The notes: generated by a model not told the origin, from the letters alone. DNA of 64,000 nt from Candidatus Levyibacteriota bacterium (GCA_018061075.1 JAGOUW010000001.1:12401-76400); one strand, 5' to 3'; counted from the stretch's first letter, positions 34,045-43,000 are shown. A program made the numbers and translations.

Positions 34045-34377
34045 ATGGCAAGTCCTGATATATTTCTACCTACACCATTTACACCTGAAGATAGAAAATC
34101 AAACAATAGACAATATTCTAATCCACTTCAAATTGTTGAAACCCCAGACATCTCAGGAGACTCACCACATCTAGTCACAGAGGCAGTTCGGGGCGCTATA
34201 GATCTGGGAAGAAGAGTGTTTAATGTTAAAAGAAATATTCGAGAAGGTTTGACTATTGTTCACACATTATCTCCCCAAACACCATATTCCGAGGGTGATA
34301 TTCCAGGAAAAGATAGACCTTATAGAATTTATGAAAGCTTAACCCCAGAAGACGCCGTAAGATTATCAGGAAGATAA
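34045..34377 (+). CDS. hypothetical protein (110 aa)
   Basis: ORF immediately downstream of the recombinase, abutting tRNA-Ile. Confidence 0.4.
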   Translation: MASPDIFLPTPFTPEDRKSNNRQYSNPLQIVETPDISGDSPHLVTEAVRGAIDLGRRVFNVKRNIREGLTIVHTLSPQTPYSEGDIPGKDRPYRIYESLTPEDAVRLSGR

Positions 34378-34379
34378 AG

Positions 34380-34451
34380 TGGGCTAGCTTGGGATCGAAC
34401 CAAGGACATCTACTTTATAAGAGTAGCGCTCTACCACTGAGCTACTAGCCC
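34380..34451 (-). tRNA. tRNA-Ile (anticodon UAU)
   Basis: Canonical cloverleaf on the reverse complement: GGGCTAG TA GCTC AGTGGTA GAGC G CTACT CTTATAA AGTAG ATGTC CTTGG TTCGATC CCAAG CTAGCCC A. Perfect stems; anticodon loop CTTATAA. Confidence 0.75.
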
Positions 34452-34509
34452 CAAACGATCCTCATTATACTAAATTCTGGATGCTAATTGCTAATTGCTA
34501 GAGGCTAAA

Positions 34510-36867
34510 CTAGAGCTGAGCACGTTGGCCTATTACCTGCTCTATTACATTTACATCTTTTCCGTATTTAAGACGAGACAATTCTTTTATTAATTCTGCA
34601 ACTCTTGGATTTTTAGCAGCCTGCTCCTCATCCATATCTTTTGTAGTATCCAAAGAAAATGGAGGCACTGGCTCTCCGTTCACAACTGTTCTCATATAAC
34701 AATTAAAACGGTCAATATTTATTAGATCTGCTTCTGAGAATGTTGGCTGGAATTCATGTGCCAGATAATTCGCATCGGTCACTCCTACTCTAAAAGCAGC
34801 CAATGTTCCCACGTTTCCAAAAATAGCATTTTTAACTTCTTCCTCCATCTGCCCTATAAACTGGTTAGCAACTATTAAATCCAAGCGGTATTTTCTAGCT
34901 TCTGAAAGAATCTGAGCGAAGTCAGGAGTTGCAAAGTTCTGGAACTCGTCAACATAAAGAAAGAAGTCTTTTCTCTGATCCATAGGCATAGTTTGCCTAC
35001 TCATAGCAGCGATAAGAATTTTTGGAACTAAAATCAAACCCAGGAAGCTTGAATTTTCTTCACCAATCTTTCCTTTTGAAAGATTTATAAGGAGAATTTT
35101 TTGATTATTCATAACTTCTTTCACATTAAATGCAGATTCAGATTGGCCAATAATATTTCTCATGGTTTTATTTGTAACGAAACGACCGAACTTAGAAACG
35201 ATGTAATCTAAAACTTCTGATTTGTGAAAGTCAGAAGTCTGAGCAATCTGATCAGTCCAATATCTGCGGACAATTGGATCCTGAACGTGAGGAAGAAGCT
35301 CCTGAACGAAATTTGCATCAGTTAAAACACGAACAACCTCTATAAAAGTGCTTCCTTTCCTACTCATAACTGTAAGCATCGCGTTTCTGATGGCGTGCTC
35401 AAATCGAGGTCCGATAATTCCAGTTTTATTAGGATCATAAAGCTTATACATGAGTCCGACAATTGAGGACACCACGTAGTGTTTTTCCTCTTCAGTATCA
35501 GCTTCTAACATGTTTAATCCCATCGGACGCGATGTATCAGACGGATCAAATAAAATCACATCTTCTGCTCTCTCTGGTGGAATCATTTGTAGAATATCTT
35601 CAATAAGATCTCCATGAGGATCTACCACTCCGACTCCCTCTCCATTTTTAATATCCTGAAGAATCATTTGCTTAAGAAACTCTGTTTTTCCAGTTCCTGT
35701 TTTTCCGATAATGTAAGTGTGTCTTCTTCTATCATCTCTCTCTACATGTACATCTCGAGACAATCCTCTATATATGCTTTTACCCAGAAAAAGCCCAGTG
35801 GTTGGAACATGTGCTGCGACCGGAGCCCTCTTGGAGCTAACCCAGAAAATATGAGGAGTTGCAACAGATTTATTTGGAAAATGAAAAATCGTAGCCAGTT
35901 CTTCTGAGCTTAAGATCGAAGGAGCACCACGCTTTTGATGATATCTATAAATAAAATCATCCATAAATGCTTTTTGCCTTTTTACGCTCACTTTTGTGAA
36001 TGAATTGTGGCCATTAAACTGACTAAAAGCATTTTTAATATTACTTAAATGAGCTTCAGCAGTCTCTTTAGTAGAGGACGCAACAACTAGCCTAACTACT
36101 GTATTAAACCCAGGCTTACTAACTTTAGATTCTATTGATTCAAGTTCTTTTGCGTCAACTGAATATTTTGCCGTTTCAGGATTTGCTTCCTCTTTTTTAG
36201 TATGTGAAACATGATCCTTACCTAATTTTTTCCATGCTGACTCAGCTGGAGAAATAACAATTTGAATCGCAGCTCCCTCTCCTTCAGTCATTTTTGCGAG
36301 AACTGAAGTTATAGTAGACAGTGGATCTACTGCAAATTCTTTATATGTTTTAATTGATTCATAATTATCTTTTTTAAGCCCTAATTGCGCAAAAGCTACT
36401 TTAGAATTTTCTCCGAAAATATTATAGTCATTTCCCACTACAAACCCTTCTTTTAGGGAAGTTTTTTCAGTTACTTCTTTTATCTCAGCATCTGGATAGG
36501 CTCCGTTTATCTGCTTTTCTACAAAATCTTTATATTTATTAGGAACGGAAATAAAAAATCTGATATCTCCTGGCATTCCAACAATTTCAAATGATAATAC
36601 AGGCTGATCTACAAGCCATTGTGGTTTTCCACTTTTATGAAGCGATGCAAAGCTTGAAAAAAGTTGTTCAGCTGCATCAATCTTTACCTCGTTGTCTCGA
36701 GGAAGTGCGATCTGAAGAAGAGTTGAATCAAGTGAAGCTTTTTCCCTATGCCTATATTTATATCTGAGAGCAAGAACGTAGCTAATTCCTCCAATCGCAG
36801 CGGAAAGAAGGCCAAGAATTAAAATGGCCAACATCATGTTAAACATTAAAGCGAAAGGATTTCCCAT
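34510..36867 (-). CDS. TraD/VirD4/TrwB-type coupling-protein-like ATPase (membrane-anchored, 785 aa)
   Basis: N-terminal TM. Walker A IIGKTGTGKTEF followed by VVDPHGDL (compare TrwB IVDPNGD). Walker B FLYVDEFQNF and RKYRLDLIVANQ (RK...Q motif of type IV coupling proteins). An unusual domain of about 330 aa sits between the TM and the NTPase. Confidence 0.55.
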   Translation of the reverse strand: MGNPFALMFNMMLAILILGLLSAAIGGISYVLALRYKYRHREKASLDSTLLQIALPRDNEVKIDAAEQLFSSFASLHKSGKPQWLVDQPVLSFEIVGMPGDIRFFISVPNKYKDFVEKQINGAYPDAEIKEVTEKTSLKEGFVVGNDYNIFGENSKVAFAQLGLKKDNYESIKTYKEFAVDPLSTITSVLAKMTEGEGAAIQIVISPAESAWKKLGKDHVSHTKKEEANPETAKYSVDAKELESIESKVSKPGFNTVVRLVVASSTKETAEAHLSNIKNAFSQFNGHNSFTKVSVKRQKAFMDDFIYRYHQKRGAPSILSSEELATIFHFPNKSVATPHIFWVSSKRAPVAAHVPTTGLFLGKSIYRGLSRDVHVERDDRRRHTYIIGKTGTGKTEFLKQMILQDIKNGEGVGVVDPHGDLIEDILQMIPPERAEDVILFDPSDTSRPMGLNMLEADTEEEKHYVVSSIVGLMYKLYDPNKTGIIGPRFEHAIRNAMLTVMSRKGSTFIEVVRVLTDANFVQELLPHVQDPIVRRYWTDQIAQTSDFHKSEVLDYIVSKFGRFVTNKTMRNIIGQSESAFNVKEVMNNQKILLINLSKGKIGEENSSFLGLILVPKILIAAMSRQTMPMDQRKDFFLYVDEFQNFATPDFAQILSEARKYRLDLIVANQFIGQMEEEVKNAIFGNVGTLAAFRVGVTDANYLAHEFQPTFSEADLINIDRFNCYMRTVVNGEPVPPFSLDTTKDMDEEQAAKNPRVAELIKELSRLKYGKDVNVIEQVIGQRAQL

Positions 36868-36872
36868 TATAT

Positions 36873-37241
36873 TTAAGCCGCCTTTCTATCTATTTGTCTT
36901 TCGTAAACCAAACCAGCTCCAGTTGAACCTTCACTAGCTTTTCCTTTTGTTGCCGCGATTGCAGCTTCAGGCGTTCCAAATCCATCAGGTAAACTAATTC
37001 CAGATCCGTCTACCATGGAAAGCTTTGCGGGAGTCTGCACCGCTCCTGTTCCCTCAAGTGAATGCTCAGGCACAGCTACCGGCTTTACAAATCCAGAAAG
37101 CTCTTCTGCAATTGCAGGCAGTTGATGTGTTGCTTGTACGAAATCATCAGCTTGTGCTATCTCAGCCTTAGCCAACTTTTCTGCCTCAGATGAAGCTGCA
37201 GCAACCGGAATTTTAGGTATTAAATTTTGATCTTCATTCAT
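36873..37241 (-). CDS. hypothetical Ala-rich protein (122 aa)
   Basis: ORF immediately upstream of the coupling-protein-like gene, same strand. Confidence 0.4.
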   Translation of the reverse strand: MNEDQNLIPKIPVAAASSEAEKLAKAEIAQADDFVQATHQLPAIAEELSGFVKPVAVPEHSLEGTGAVQTPAKLSMVDGSGISLPDGFGTPEAAIAATKGKASEGSTGAGLVYERQIDRKAA

Positions 37242-37317
37242 ATAACTATATTATCACAATAAAGCTAAGGGGCTTGAAATAATTATTACAAAAAGTTAAC
37301 AAAAATAATCCTTGAGG

Positions 37318-37851
37318 TCACTTCTTTTTCCAGATTTTTTCTTTCTTTCTTTCCTTGTAGTTTACGAAGCGCGCAATAGTAAATAATAAATCTGATAAAC
37401 GATTTAGATAAACTATAATTGCATTATCAATTTCTTCAGTTCTATTTAAATCTACGATGCGTCTTTCAGCTCGCCTAGCAATCGTACGCGCAACATGAAT
37501 AAGAGAGCCTCCTCTTCCTCCACCTGGAAGAATAAATTGATTTAACGGAGGCATTTGCTTTGTGAGCTTATCAATCAATTTTTCAAACTCTGCGGGCCTA
37601 TGAGCAATTTGGGGAGCTGGTAAAGTAAAAGATACAGCTAGTGAAGAGCCAATTTCTAAAAGATCATTTTGAATTTCTTCTAATTCTTTATTTACTGAAG
37701 CTATCTTTATAAACGCTGAGGCTGCACCAATCGCAGAATTTAATTCGTCAATTGTGCCATAAGTCTCGACTTTCTTATCAGACTTTAAAACTTTTTTTCC
37801 GTCAAAAAGCGAAGTTTTACCCTTGTCTCCTGTTCTTGTATAAATAGGCAT
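37318..37851 (-). CDS. pduO: PduO-type ATP:cob(I)alamin adenosyltransferase
   Basis: N-terminus MPIYTRTGDKGKTSLFDG matches the PduO/MMAB signature. 177 aa. Confidence 0.85.
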   Translation of the reverse strand: MPIYTRTGDKGKTSLFDGKKVLKSDKKVETYGTIDELNSAIGAASAFIKIASVNKELEEIQNDLLEIGSSLAVSFTLPAPQIAHRPAEFEKLIDKLTKQMPPLNQFILPGGGRGGSLIHVARTIARRAERRIVDLNRTEEIDNAIIVYLNRLSDLLFTIARFVNYKERKKEKIWKKK

Positions 37852-38419
37852 AAATATTCTGTTTTGACAATTTTATAGCAGCCTCAAAACTTCCAAAAAA
37901 TAAAGCTACATAGAAAATATCTCCAGCGAGCGTATTTTTGAAAAATGGAATTGCCATTACGTAGGCTTGAAGCATTCCATCGATATTTTTAGGATATAAA
38001 GATGTTGCGTAAAAGAAATTAAAATTAGTAATTAGGAAAAATAAAATTGAGGAAGATAAAGAGGCGGCAATTATGTTTTTAACGGATTTATGAGATCTTA
38101 ACCAAATTCCAATAAGAGCAACAACTAAAAAACTACCATAAACAGCTAGTGTTGATGCGTGAATTAAAGATTGAGGGGAATATAATTTTGAGAAGTTAAT
38201 AAATTGCGGGGAAAAAGGATTTATATATAAAAGCAGATAGTCCGAAACAATTAACGTACAGAAAACGATAATAAGCGAGTACTTCCTGTTAAGGTAAGTG
38301 CCTCCGAAAAGAGCCATTGCAGCAATCGGTGCAAAATTTGCTGGATGAGGAAACAATCTGATTAAGACTGCCATCAAAATAATAAATAATGGGCCAATGT
38401 AATTTTTAATATCTTTCAT
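37817..38419 (-). CDS. small polytopic membrane protein, ECF-transporter S-component-like; candidate cobalamin uptake component
   Basis: 200 aa, about 6 TM. Encoded between the DUF4430 B12-binding gene and pduO, downstream of a putative cobalamin riboswitch. No ECF A/T genes nearby. Confidence 0.35.
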   Translation of the reverse strand: MKDIKNYIGPLFIILMAVLIRLFPHPANFAPIAAMALFGGTYLNRKYSLIIVFCTLIVSDYLLLYINPFSPQFINFSKLYSPQSLIHASTLAVYGSFLVVALIGIWLRSHKSVKNIIAASLSSSILFFLITNFNFFYATSLYPKNIDGMLQAYVMAIPFFKNTLAGDIFYVALFFGSFEAAIKLSKQNIYAYLYKNRRQG

Positions 38420-38420
38420 T

Positions 38421-39116
38421 TTAAAAACTAGTTAATACAAATTCAAGTTTATCATTATTGTTACATTTATAAGAAGAGACACCAGTACTAGCTGATGCAC
38501 CATTTATTCTAAATTCATAAAACTGATTTGCCGCAGCGTCTACCCCATTAAAGGAAGTTATAAATTTACCCATATCCCCTCCATAATCTGTGTACTTAAT
38601 ATTATCTGCTCCAATCGCGGCAACTACTGCTTCCCAGGCTGTCTGATCGGGAATAAGAGCTACATTATAAGAATCAGAAGACTTCTGTCCTGAATAATCA
38701 ACTCCAATTTGTACACTTAAACCCGCAGGAATAGGTGAAGGAGACGATGTAAGTGTCACTATTGGAGCAGTTGATATGTTTGGCACAGAAGTAGGTGCAG
38801 GCGTAACAGCTGAAGATGAATTATTACTTGGTACTGGTGTTGGGGTTAGAGAAATTTTTTGAACAAAAGTAATAGATGGAATTAATTTAGGAGCTAGTGT
38901 AGGAGTTGTGGAGATGGGTTTGGTTGGATTTGTATTTACAACAACTTTTTTAGAACTTGCTCCCAATACTTCTTTATTCTTATTTGCTTCAGTTTCATTT
39001 ACACTAAAAACCGATGCGCCCAGCAAAGACAAAGAGACAAATACAATAATAAACAAACCCTTACTTTTCCAAAGTTTATTTTTTATATCTACTAAATTTA
39101 GTTGTAATTTACCCAT
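38421..39116 (-). CDS. DUF4430-domain surface protein (predicted cobalamin-binding), N-terminal anchor plus Pro/Thr linker
   Basis: C-terminal YEFRINGASASTGVSSYKCNNNDKLEFVLTSF fits the DUF4430 pattern (VNG...G...Y.L..GD.I.W.Y). Start moved to MGKLQL (ATG at 39116), which has an AGAGGAG ribosome-binding site. Confidence 0.6.
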   Translation of the reverse strand: MGKLQLNLVDIKNKLWKSKGLFIIVFVSLSLLGASVFSVNETEANKNKEVLGASSKKVVVNTNPTKPISTTPTLAPKLIPSITFVQKISLTPTPVPSNNSSSAVTPAPTSVPNISTAPIVTLTSSPSPIPAGLSVQIGVDYSGQKSSDSYNVALIPDQTAWEAVVAAIGADNIKYTDYGGDMGKFITSFNGVDAAANQFYEFRINGASASTGVSSYKCNNNDKLEFVLTSF

Positions 39117-39119
39117 AAA

Positions 39120-39290
39120 AAAACTCCTCTTTACCCTGTAAGGGTTTCTCGAGAAGTTCACCAAAAAATCTTGCTCGAGAGTCTAAATAAGGTGGTTTTC
39201 CGACTTTACGGTAGCGGCACTGTGGAGGATTTACGCCTCACTTACCCAATCCCTATTGGTTCTAAGATATTAATACTAGTTATAATGAAA
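39120..39290 (-). promoter_or_regulatory. putative cobalamin (B12) riboswitch in the leader of the DUF4430 / membrane-protein / pduO operon
   Basis: Minus-strand RNA contains AAUAGGGA...GGCGUAAAUCC...CCGCUACCGUAAAG, which parallels the consensus AAUAGGGAA..GGUGAAAAUCC..CCGCCACUGUAA. A B12-box-like AGUCGGAAAACCACC follows. The ribosome-binding site AGAGGAG plus AUG come after a CCCUUACAGGG hairpin. Confidence 0.5.
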
Positions 39291-39305
39291 AGCAACCAGC
39301 AAATC

Positions 39306-41708
39306 TTAACATTCAGAGTGACCGCAAGCATAACACTTGCCGCATCCCTCTTCAAATACGAAAGCTGAAGTTCCGCATTCTGGACAAATATCAAAATTGT
39401 TTGTCTTAGGTTTTGTGTCAATTGTGATTCCTTCTTGAAGCGGAAGCTGCTGGAGAACTGCTATTTCTTCCTGTGGCTCAGATTTTGTTTCAACTGGAGC
39501 ATCAGCTGTTAATTTTATTTGGGCATCAGGAGTACTAGATGGAGGAACTAATTTGTCCTCTACTACTCCATTTACTTTAAACGCATATTGTCTTGCAAGA
39601 ATCTTTGCGACAGCATCAGGAAGTGATCTTACTCTATTTTCACCAAATCCAACACTTCTTGCTCCTCCAATTCCAGACAGCTGAGATATAACCTGGCGGA
39701 TCCTCTCGCGCGGCGGCAGGTTGCCTGCGAGACTTAAATTCAAAGAAATCATGCGTCCTAATGCTTCAGCCATAGCTGCAACATCAGAACCTGTTTTACC
39801 AATTGTTATAAACATTTCAAATGGTTCTCTATTTTGATCATGATTAAGAGTAATATAGGTGTCACCTACTGGAGTTTGAGTCTTATATGTAACTCCTTCC
39901 ATCATCATTGGACGAGGCGCTCTAACTGTGTGATTTGCAACGTCTGGAACTTTTACTTCTTCCTTCTTTTCTTCAACTCTTGAGAGAACTCCCTCCCGTG
40001 ATCCATCTCTCATGTAAGTTACGCCCTTTAAACCATTGTCATAAGCTGACATATAAAGATTTTTTACATCGTCAACCGTATGAGCATTTGGAGCATTAAC
40101 AGTTTTACTTATCGAAGAATCAATATATTCCTGAGCAATTGCCTGAACTGTTACGTGCTCCTCTGGAGTTAAATCATTTGCACTAACAAAATATCCTGGT
40201 TTTTCTGCATCTGGATTCTGTTTTCTCCATTCATCATATAATGGATGAAACATCTTGTGCTCCCCTAACCTATCGCGTCTTATAAATTCAAACTCATATA
40301 CTGGCTCAACTCCAGATGACACTCCTGAAATCAAACTTGTGGTTCCTGTAGGAGCAATAGTTAATAAAACTGCATTTCTGATTCCATTTTTTGCAATCTT
40401 ATCTCTAATTGGCTGAGGTAATCTTTGAATGTGATATCCCTTTAGATATTTTTCTTTATTAAATTTAGGAAATGCTCCTTTTTCTTTCGCAATATCAGCT
40501 GAAGCATCATATGCTTCATTTCTTAGAGTTTCGAAAATCTTTTTAATAGTGGCCTCTGATTCAGGTGCTCCATACTTTAATTTCATTTTTATTAAAGCAT
40601 CAGCAAGTCCTAAAATTCCTAAACCAGTTCTTCTAATGTCTTTTGCTACTTTTTCATTTTCTTTAAAGAAGTAGTATGTATCATCAATTACATTATCTAA
40701 AAATCTCATTGCGACTCTTACGTCTTTTCCAAATCTAGTGTATTCAAATTCTCCTTTTTCATTTACATAAGCTGATAAATTCATTGCTCCTAAATTACAT
40801 ACTGCCCAAGCGCCTAATGGCTGCTCTCCACATGGATTTGTAGCGATTAGAGTTTCAAAATATGCTGTGTTTGATCTCTTATTGCTTCGGTCTAGGAAAT
40901 GAAGACCTGGTTCTGCTGAAGTCCAAGCTGCTTTACAGATAAGATCCCAGAGATATTTTGCTTTAACGGTTTTTTTAACTACGACTTTTCCTCCAAGTTT
41001 TTTCCAACCTTCAAGATCTCCATTCCATTTTTCATCATATTTAGGATCATCTAAGTCTGGGTATTCCAAATCCCAATCTGTATCAGCTTTTACTGCTTCC
41101 ATGAATGCGTCAGAAACACAGACTGATAAATTAGCTCCATTTATGCGAGTAAGATCCTGCTTTACGGTAATAAATTCCTCGATGTCTGGATGCCAGTCGT
41201 GAAGCATAAGCATAAGCGCTCCTCTTCTACTCCCACCCTGCTGAACAATATCTTTCGTAGCTAGAGAATAAAGCTCTGCCCAGTTCATAGGACCTGAAGA
41301 AAAACCATTTACCTTTCTAACACGCGACCCTTTTGGACGAAGACTTGATAAATTAATTCCTACTCCTCCACCTCGAGCCATGATTTCAATCATGATTTTA
41401 AGATTATCTAAAATTCCATCCCTGGAATCTTTTGGAGATGGGATAACGAAGCAGTTAAAGTATGTAACGTCAAATCCAGTTCCTGCTCCAGCTAAAATAC
41501 GTCCGCCTGGAAGAAACTTAAATCCATCCATAGCCTCATAGAATTTTTTCTCCCAATGCTTCTGGTCAGACTTTTTTTCCTGTCCAGCAATCCCCTTTGC
41601 AACTCTTCTCCACATCTCATCTGGAGTTTGTTCCATAGGATTACCTTCTTTATCTTTTAAAGAATATCTGTCTAAAAATACTTTTTGCCTTACTCCATCT
41701 AATTTCAT
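39306..41708 (-). CDS. nrdJ: adenosylcobalamin-dependent ribonucleotide reductase (class II) with C-terminal zinc ribbon
   Basis: 800 aa. Conserved TNPCGEQPL active-site block. C-terminal CPECG...CGKCYACGHSEC 4-Cys motifs. Confidence 0.9.
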   Translation of the reverse strand: MKLDGVRQKVFLDRYSLKDKEGNPMEQTPDEMWRRVAKGIAGQEKKSDQKHWEKKFYEAMDGFKFLPGGRILAGAGTGFDVTYFNCFVIPSPKDSRDGILDNLKIMIEIMARGGGVGINLSSLRPKGSRVRKVNGFSSGPMNWAELYSLATKDIVQQGGSRRGALMLMLHDWHPDIEEFITVKQDLTRINGANLSVCVSDAFMEAVKADTDWDLEYPDLDDPKYDEKWNGDLEGWKKLGGKVVVKKTVKAKYLWDLICKAAWTSAEPGLHFLDRSNKRSNTAYFETLIATNPCGEQPLGAWAVCNLGAMNLSAYVNEKGEFEYTRFGKDVRVAMRFLDNVIDDTYYFFKENEKVAKDIRRTGLGILGLADALIKMKLKYGAPESEATIKKIFETLRNEAYDASADIAKEKGAFPKFNKEKYLKGYHIQRLPQPIRDKIAKNGIRNAVLLTIAPTGTTSLISGVSSGVEPVYEFEFIRRDRLGEHKMFHPLYDEWRKQNPDAEKPGYFVSANDLTPEEHVTVQAIAQEYIDSSISKTVNAPNAHTVDDVKNLYMSAYDNGLKGVTYMRDGSREGVLSRVEEKKEEVKVPDVANHTVRAPRPMMMEGVTYKTQTPVGDTYITLNHDQNREPFEMFITIGKTGSDVAAMAEALGRMISLNLSLAGNLPPRERIRQVISQLSGIGGARSVGFGENRVRSLPDAVAKILARQYAFKVNGVVEDKLVPPSSTPDAQIKLTADAPVETKSEPQEEIAVLQQLPLQEGITIDTKPKTNNFDICPECGTSAFVFEEGCGKCYACGHSEC

Positions 41709-41711
41709 AAT

Positions 41712-42161
41712 TTAATTTATTAATTTTTTGACTTCTTTTTCAAAGTCTTCTATGTCTACAAATCTCTTGAAAACGCTCGAAAATCTTATATATGCAATCT
41801 TGTCTAACTTCTTAAGTCTGCCCGCTACCATTTGCCCTATTTTTTTACTTTCTACCTCTACTGAATCAGCTCCTCTTAGCTCTCTTTCTACTTCTACTAT
41901 TATCTTCTCAATGTCTTCAACTGATACCGTGGTCTTTTCGCAGGATCTACTGATTCCGTTTCGCAGTTTATCTCTATTAAACTGTTCTCGTCGTCCATCT
42001 TTTTTTATAACAACCAGATTAACATTCTCTACTCTTTCATATGTCGTGAATCTTTTCTCGCACTTAACACAATTTCTTCGTCTACGTATTGTTTCGAGAT
42101 CTTCACTGTCTCTGGTTTCTACTACTTCTGTTTCGCGGGAACCGCAATATGGACATTTCAT
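41712..42161 (-). CDS. nrdR: transcriptional repressor NrdR
   Basis: MKCPYCGSRETEVVETRDSED...CVKCEKRFTTYERVE zinc ribbon plus ATP-cone. 149 aa. Confidence 0.95.
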   Translation of the reverse strand: MKCPYCGSRETEVVETRDSEDLETIRRRRNCVKCEKRFTTYERVENVNLVVIKKDGRREQFNRDKLRNGISRSCEKTTVSVEDIEKIIVEVERELRGADSVEVESKKIGQMVAGRLKKLDKIAYIRFSSVFKRFVDIEDFEKEVKKLIN

Positions 42162-42197
42162 AGCTTATTTTTCTTAGGGCAAATTCTTAAAGTTCTG

Positions 42198-42213
42198 ACA
42201 CTAAATCTAGTGC
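42198..42213. promoter_or_regulatory. candidate NrdR box (ACACTAAATCTAGTGC) upstream of nrdR-nrdJ
   Basis: Sixteen-bp near-palindrome resembling the NrdR-box consensus acaCwAtATaTwGtgt, 37 nt upstream of the nrdR start. Only one copy found. Confidence 0.35.
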
Positions 42214-42412
42214 CAAGATCGATCATATGCCCCTAACAGTGGGGTGTCAACTAACAATTACTAGATCAAAAAATATCAGTCGTTTTTTCAGCCTCGTTTT
42301 TAAACAGGACCAAAATTTAAGCAAAAATTAAGAAAAAATCGGGTATAAAAATGTGTTTAAAAATCTTAGTGCTGGGTAAAAAATTAGAACAATGTTTATT
42401 AAAAGCTATATT

Positions 42413-43000
42413 TTACGGCTTAAGCTGATCTGCATTTTTTTCGATGTTTTTTACCTTTTCTAGGTCATCAGTTAAAGTCGCCTCTTTTTCTTCAGATTTT
42501 CCGCTTAAAATTTCAATTTCCTGTTTTTGTTTTGTCGACGAATCTTTAATTCTTGCAAATATATCCCCCACATCTTTTCCCGAATTCTTTGCCTCCTGCG
42601 CTTTTGCCAAAGATTTTTCTAAATATTTTTGGGCTTTTGTTAAAGTAGTTTCCGCCATTTTTTCGTCTCCCTTTTCATAAAGCATTAAAGCACTTGCTGT
42701 TCTCTTATCTGCTTGAAGCAGATAAAAATTAGCTTTCTTAACAGGATCCGATGTTAAAGTTTCAATAATTCGATCCCTAATCATTTTTATAGAATAAAGT
42801 GGACTTCCGGGAAGAATTCCAGGATATGGAAGCTGATATTCGACAGTCGTTGGAACTGGACTTGGAGTAAGACTAGTTGTAGGCATTGGGATACTCTCCG
42901 TTGGCTTTGTGGTTATCTCTATCTCCTGTGCTTGTACGGGGGTTGATACTAGAATTATGAAAAAAATGATTCCCAGTATTAACTTAATTAAAGTATTCAT
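42413..43000 (-). CDS. secreted hypothetical protein (signal peptide, coiled-coil/Lys-rich C-terminus)
   Basis: N-terminal signal sequence ending VQAQE. Pro/Thr stretch. Conserved LPYPGILPGSPLY block. Confidence 0.45.
   Translation of the reverse strand: MNTLIKLILGIIFFIILVSTPVQAQEIEITTKPTESIPMPTTSLTPSPVPTTVEYQLPYPGILPGSPLYSIKMIRDRIIETLTSDPVKKANFYLLQADKRTASALMLYEKGDEKMAETTLTKAQKYLEKSLAKAQEAKNSGKDVGDIFARIKDSSTKQKQEIEILSGKSEEKEATLTDDLEKVKNIEKNADQLKP

Noticed and set aside
33183-34451. Integrase next to tRNA as a prophage or genomic island call.
   Set aside because: The recombinase looks like a housekeeping XerC/D-type protein. No phage structural or replication genes were found. I could not identify att direct repeats by eye, so it is kept only as a hypothesis in findings.
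34451-34452. Extra 5' G preceding tRNA-Ile acceptor stem as a tRNA-His-like G-1.
   Set aside because: The anticodon is UAU, not GUG. The extra G is most likely leader sequence removed by RNase P.
39171-39368. Plus-strand 65-aa ORF, or a plus-strand riboswitch reading of the GGTGG...GGCACTG segment.
   Set aside because: Nothing downstream on the plus strand would be regulated. The minus-strand reading gives the conserved AAUAGGGA / GGxGxAAAUCC / CCGCxACxGUAA order upstream of B12-related genes.
42229-42260. Second NrdR box partner near CCCCTAACAGTGGGG.
   Set aside because: Only a short GC-clamped palindrome with no match to the NrdR-box half-sites. A single box is reported, with low confidence.
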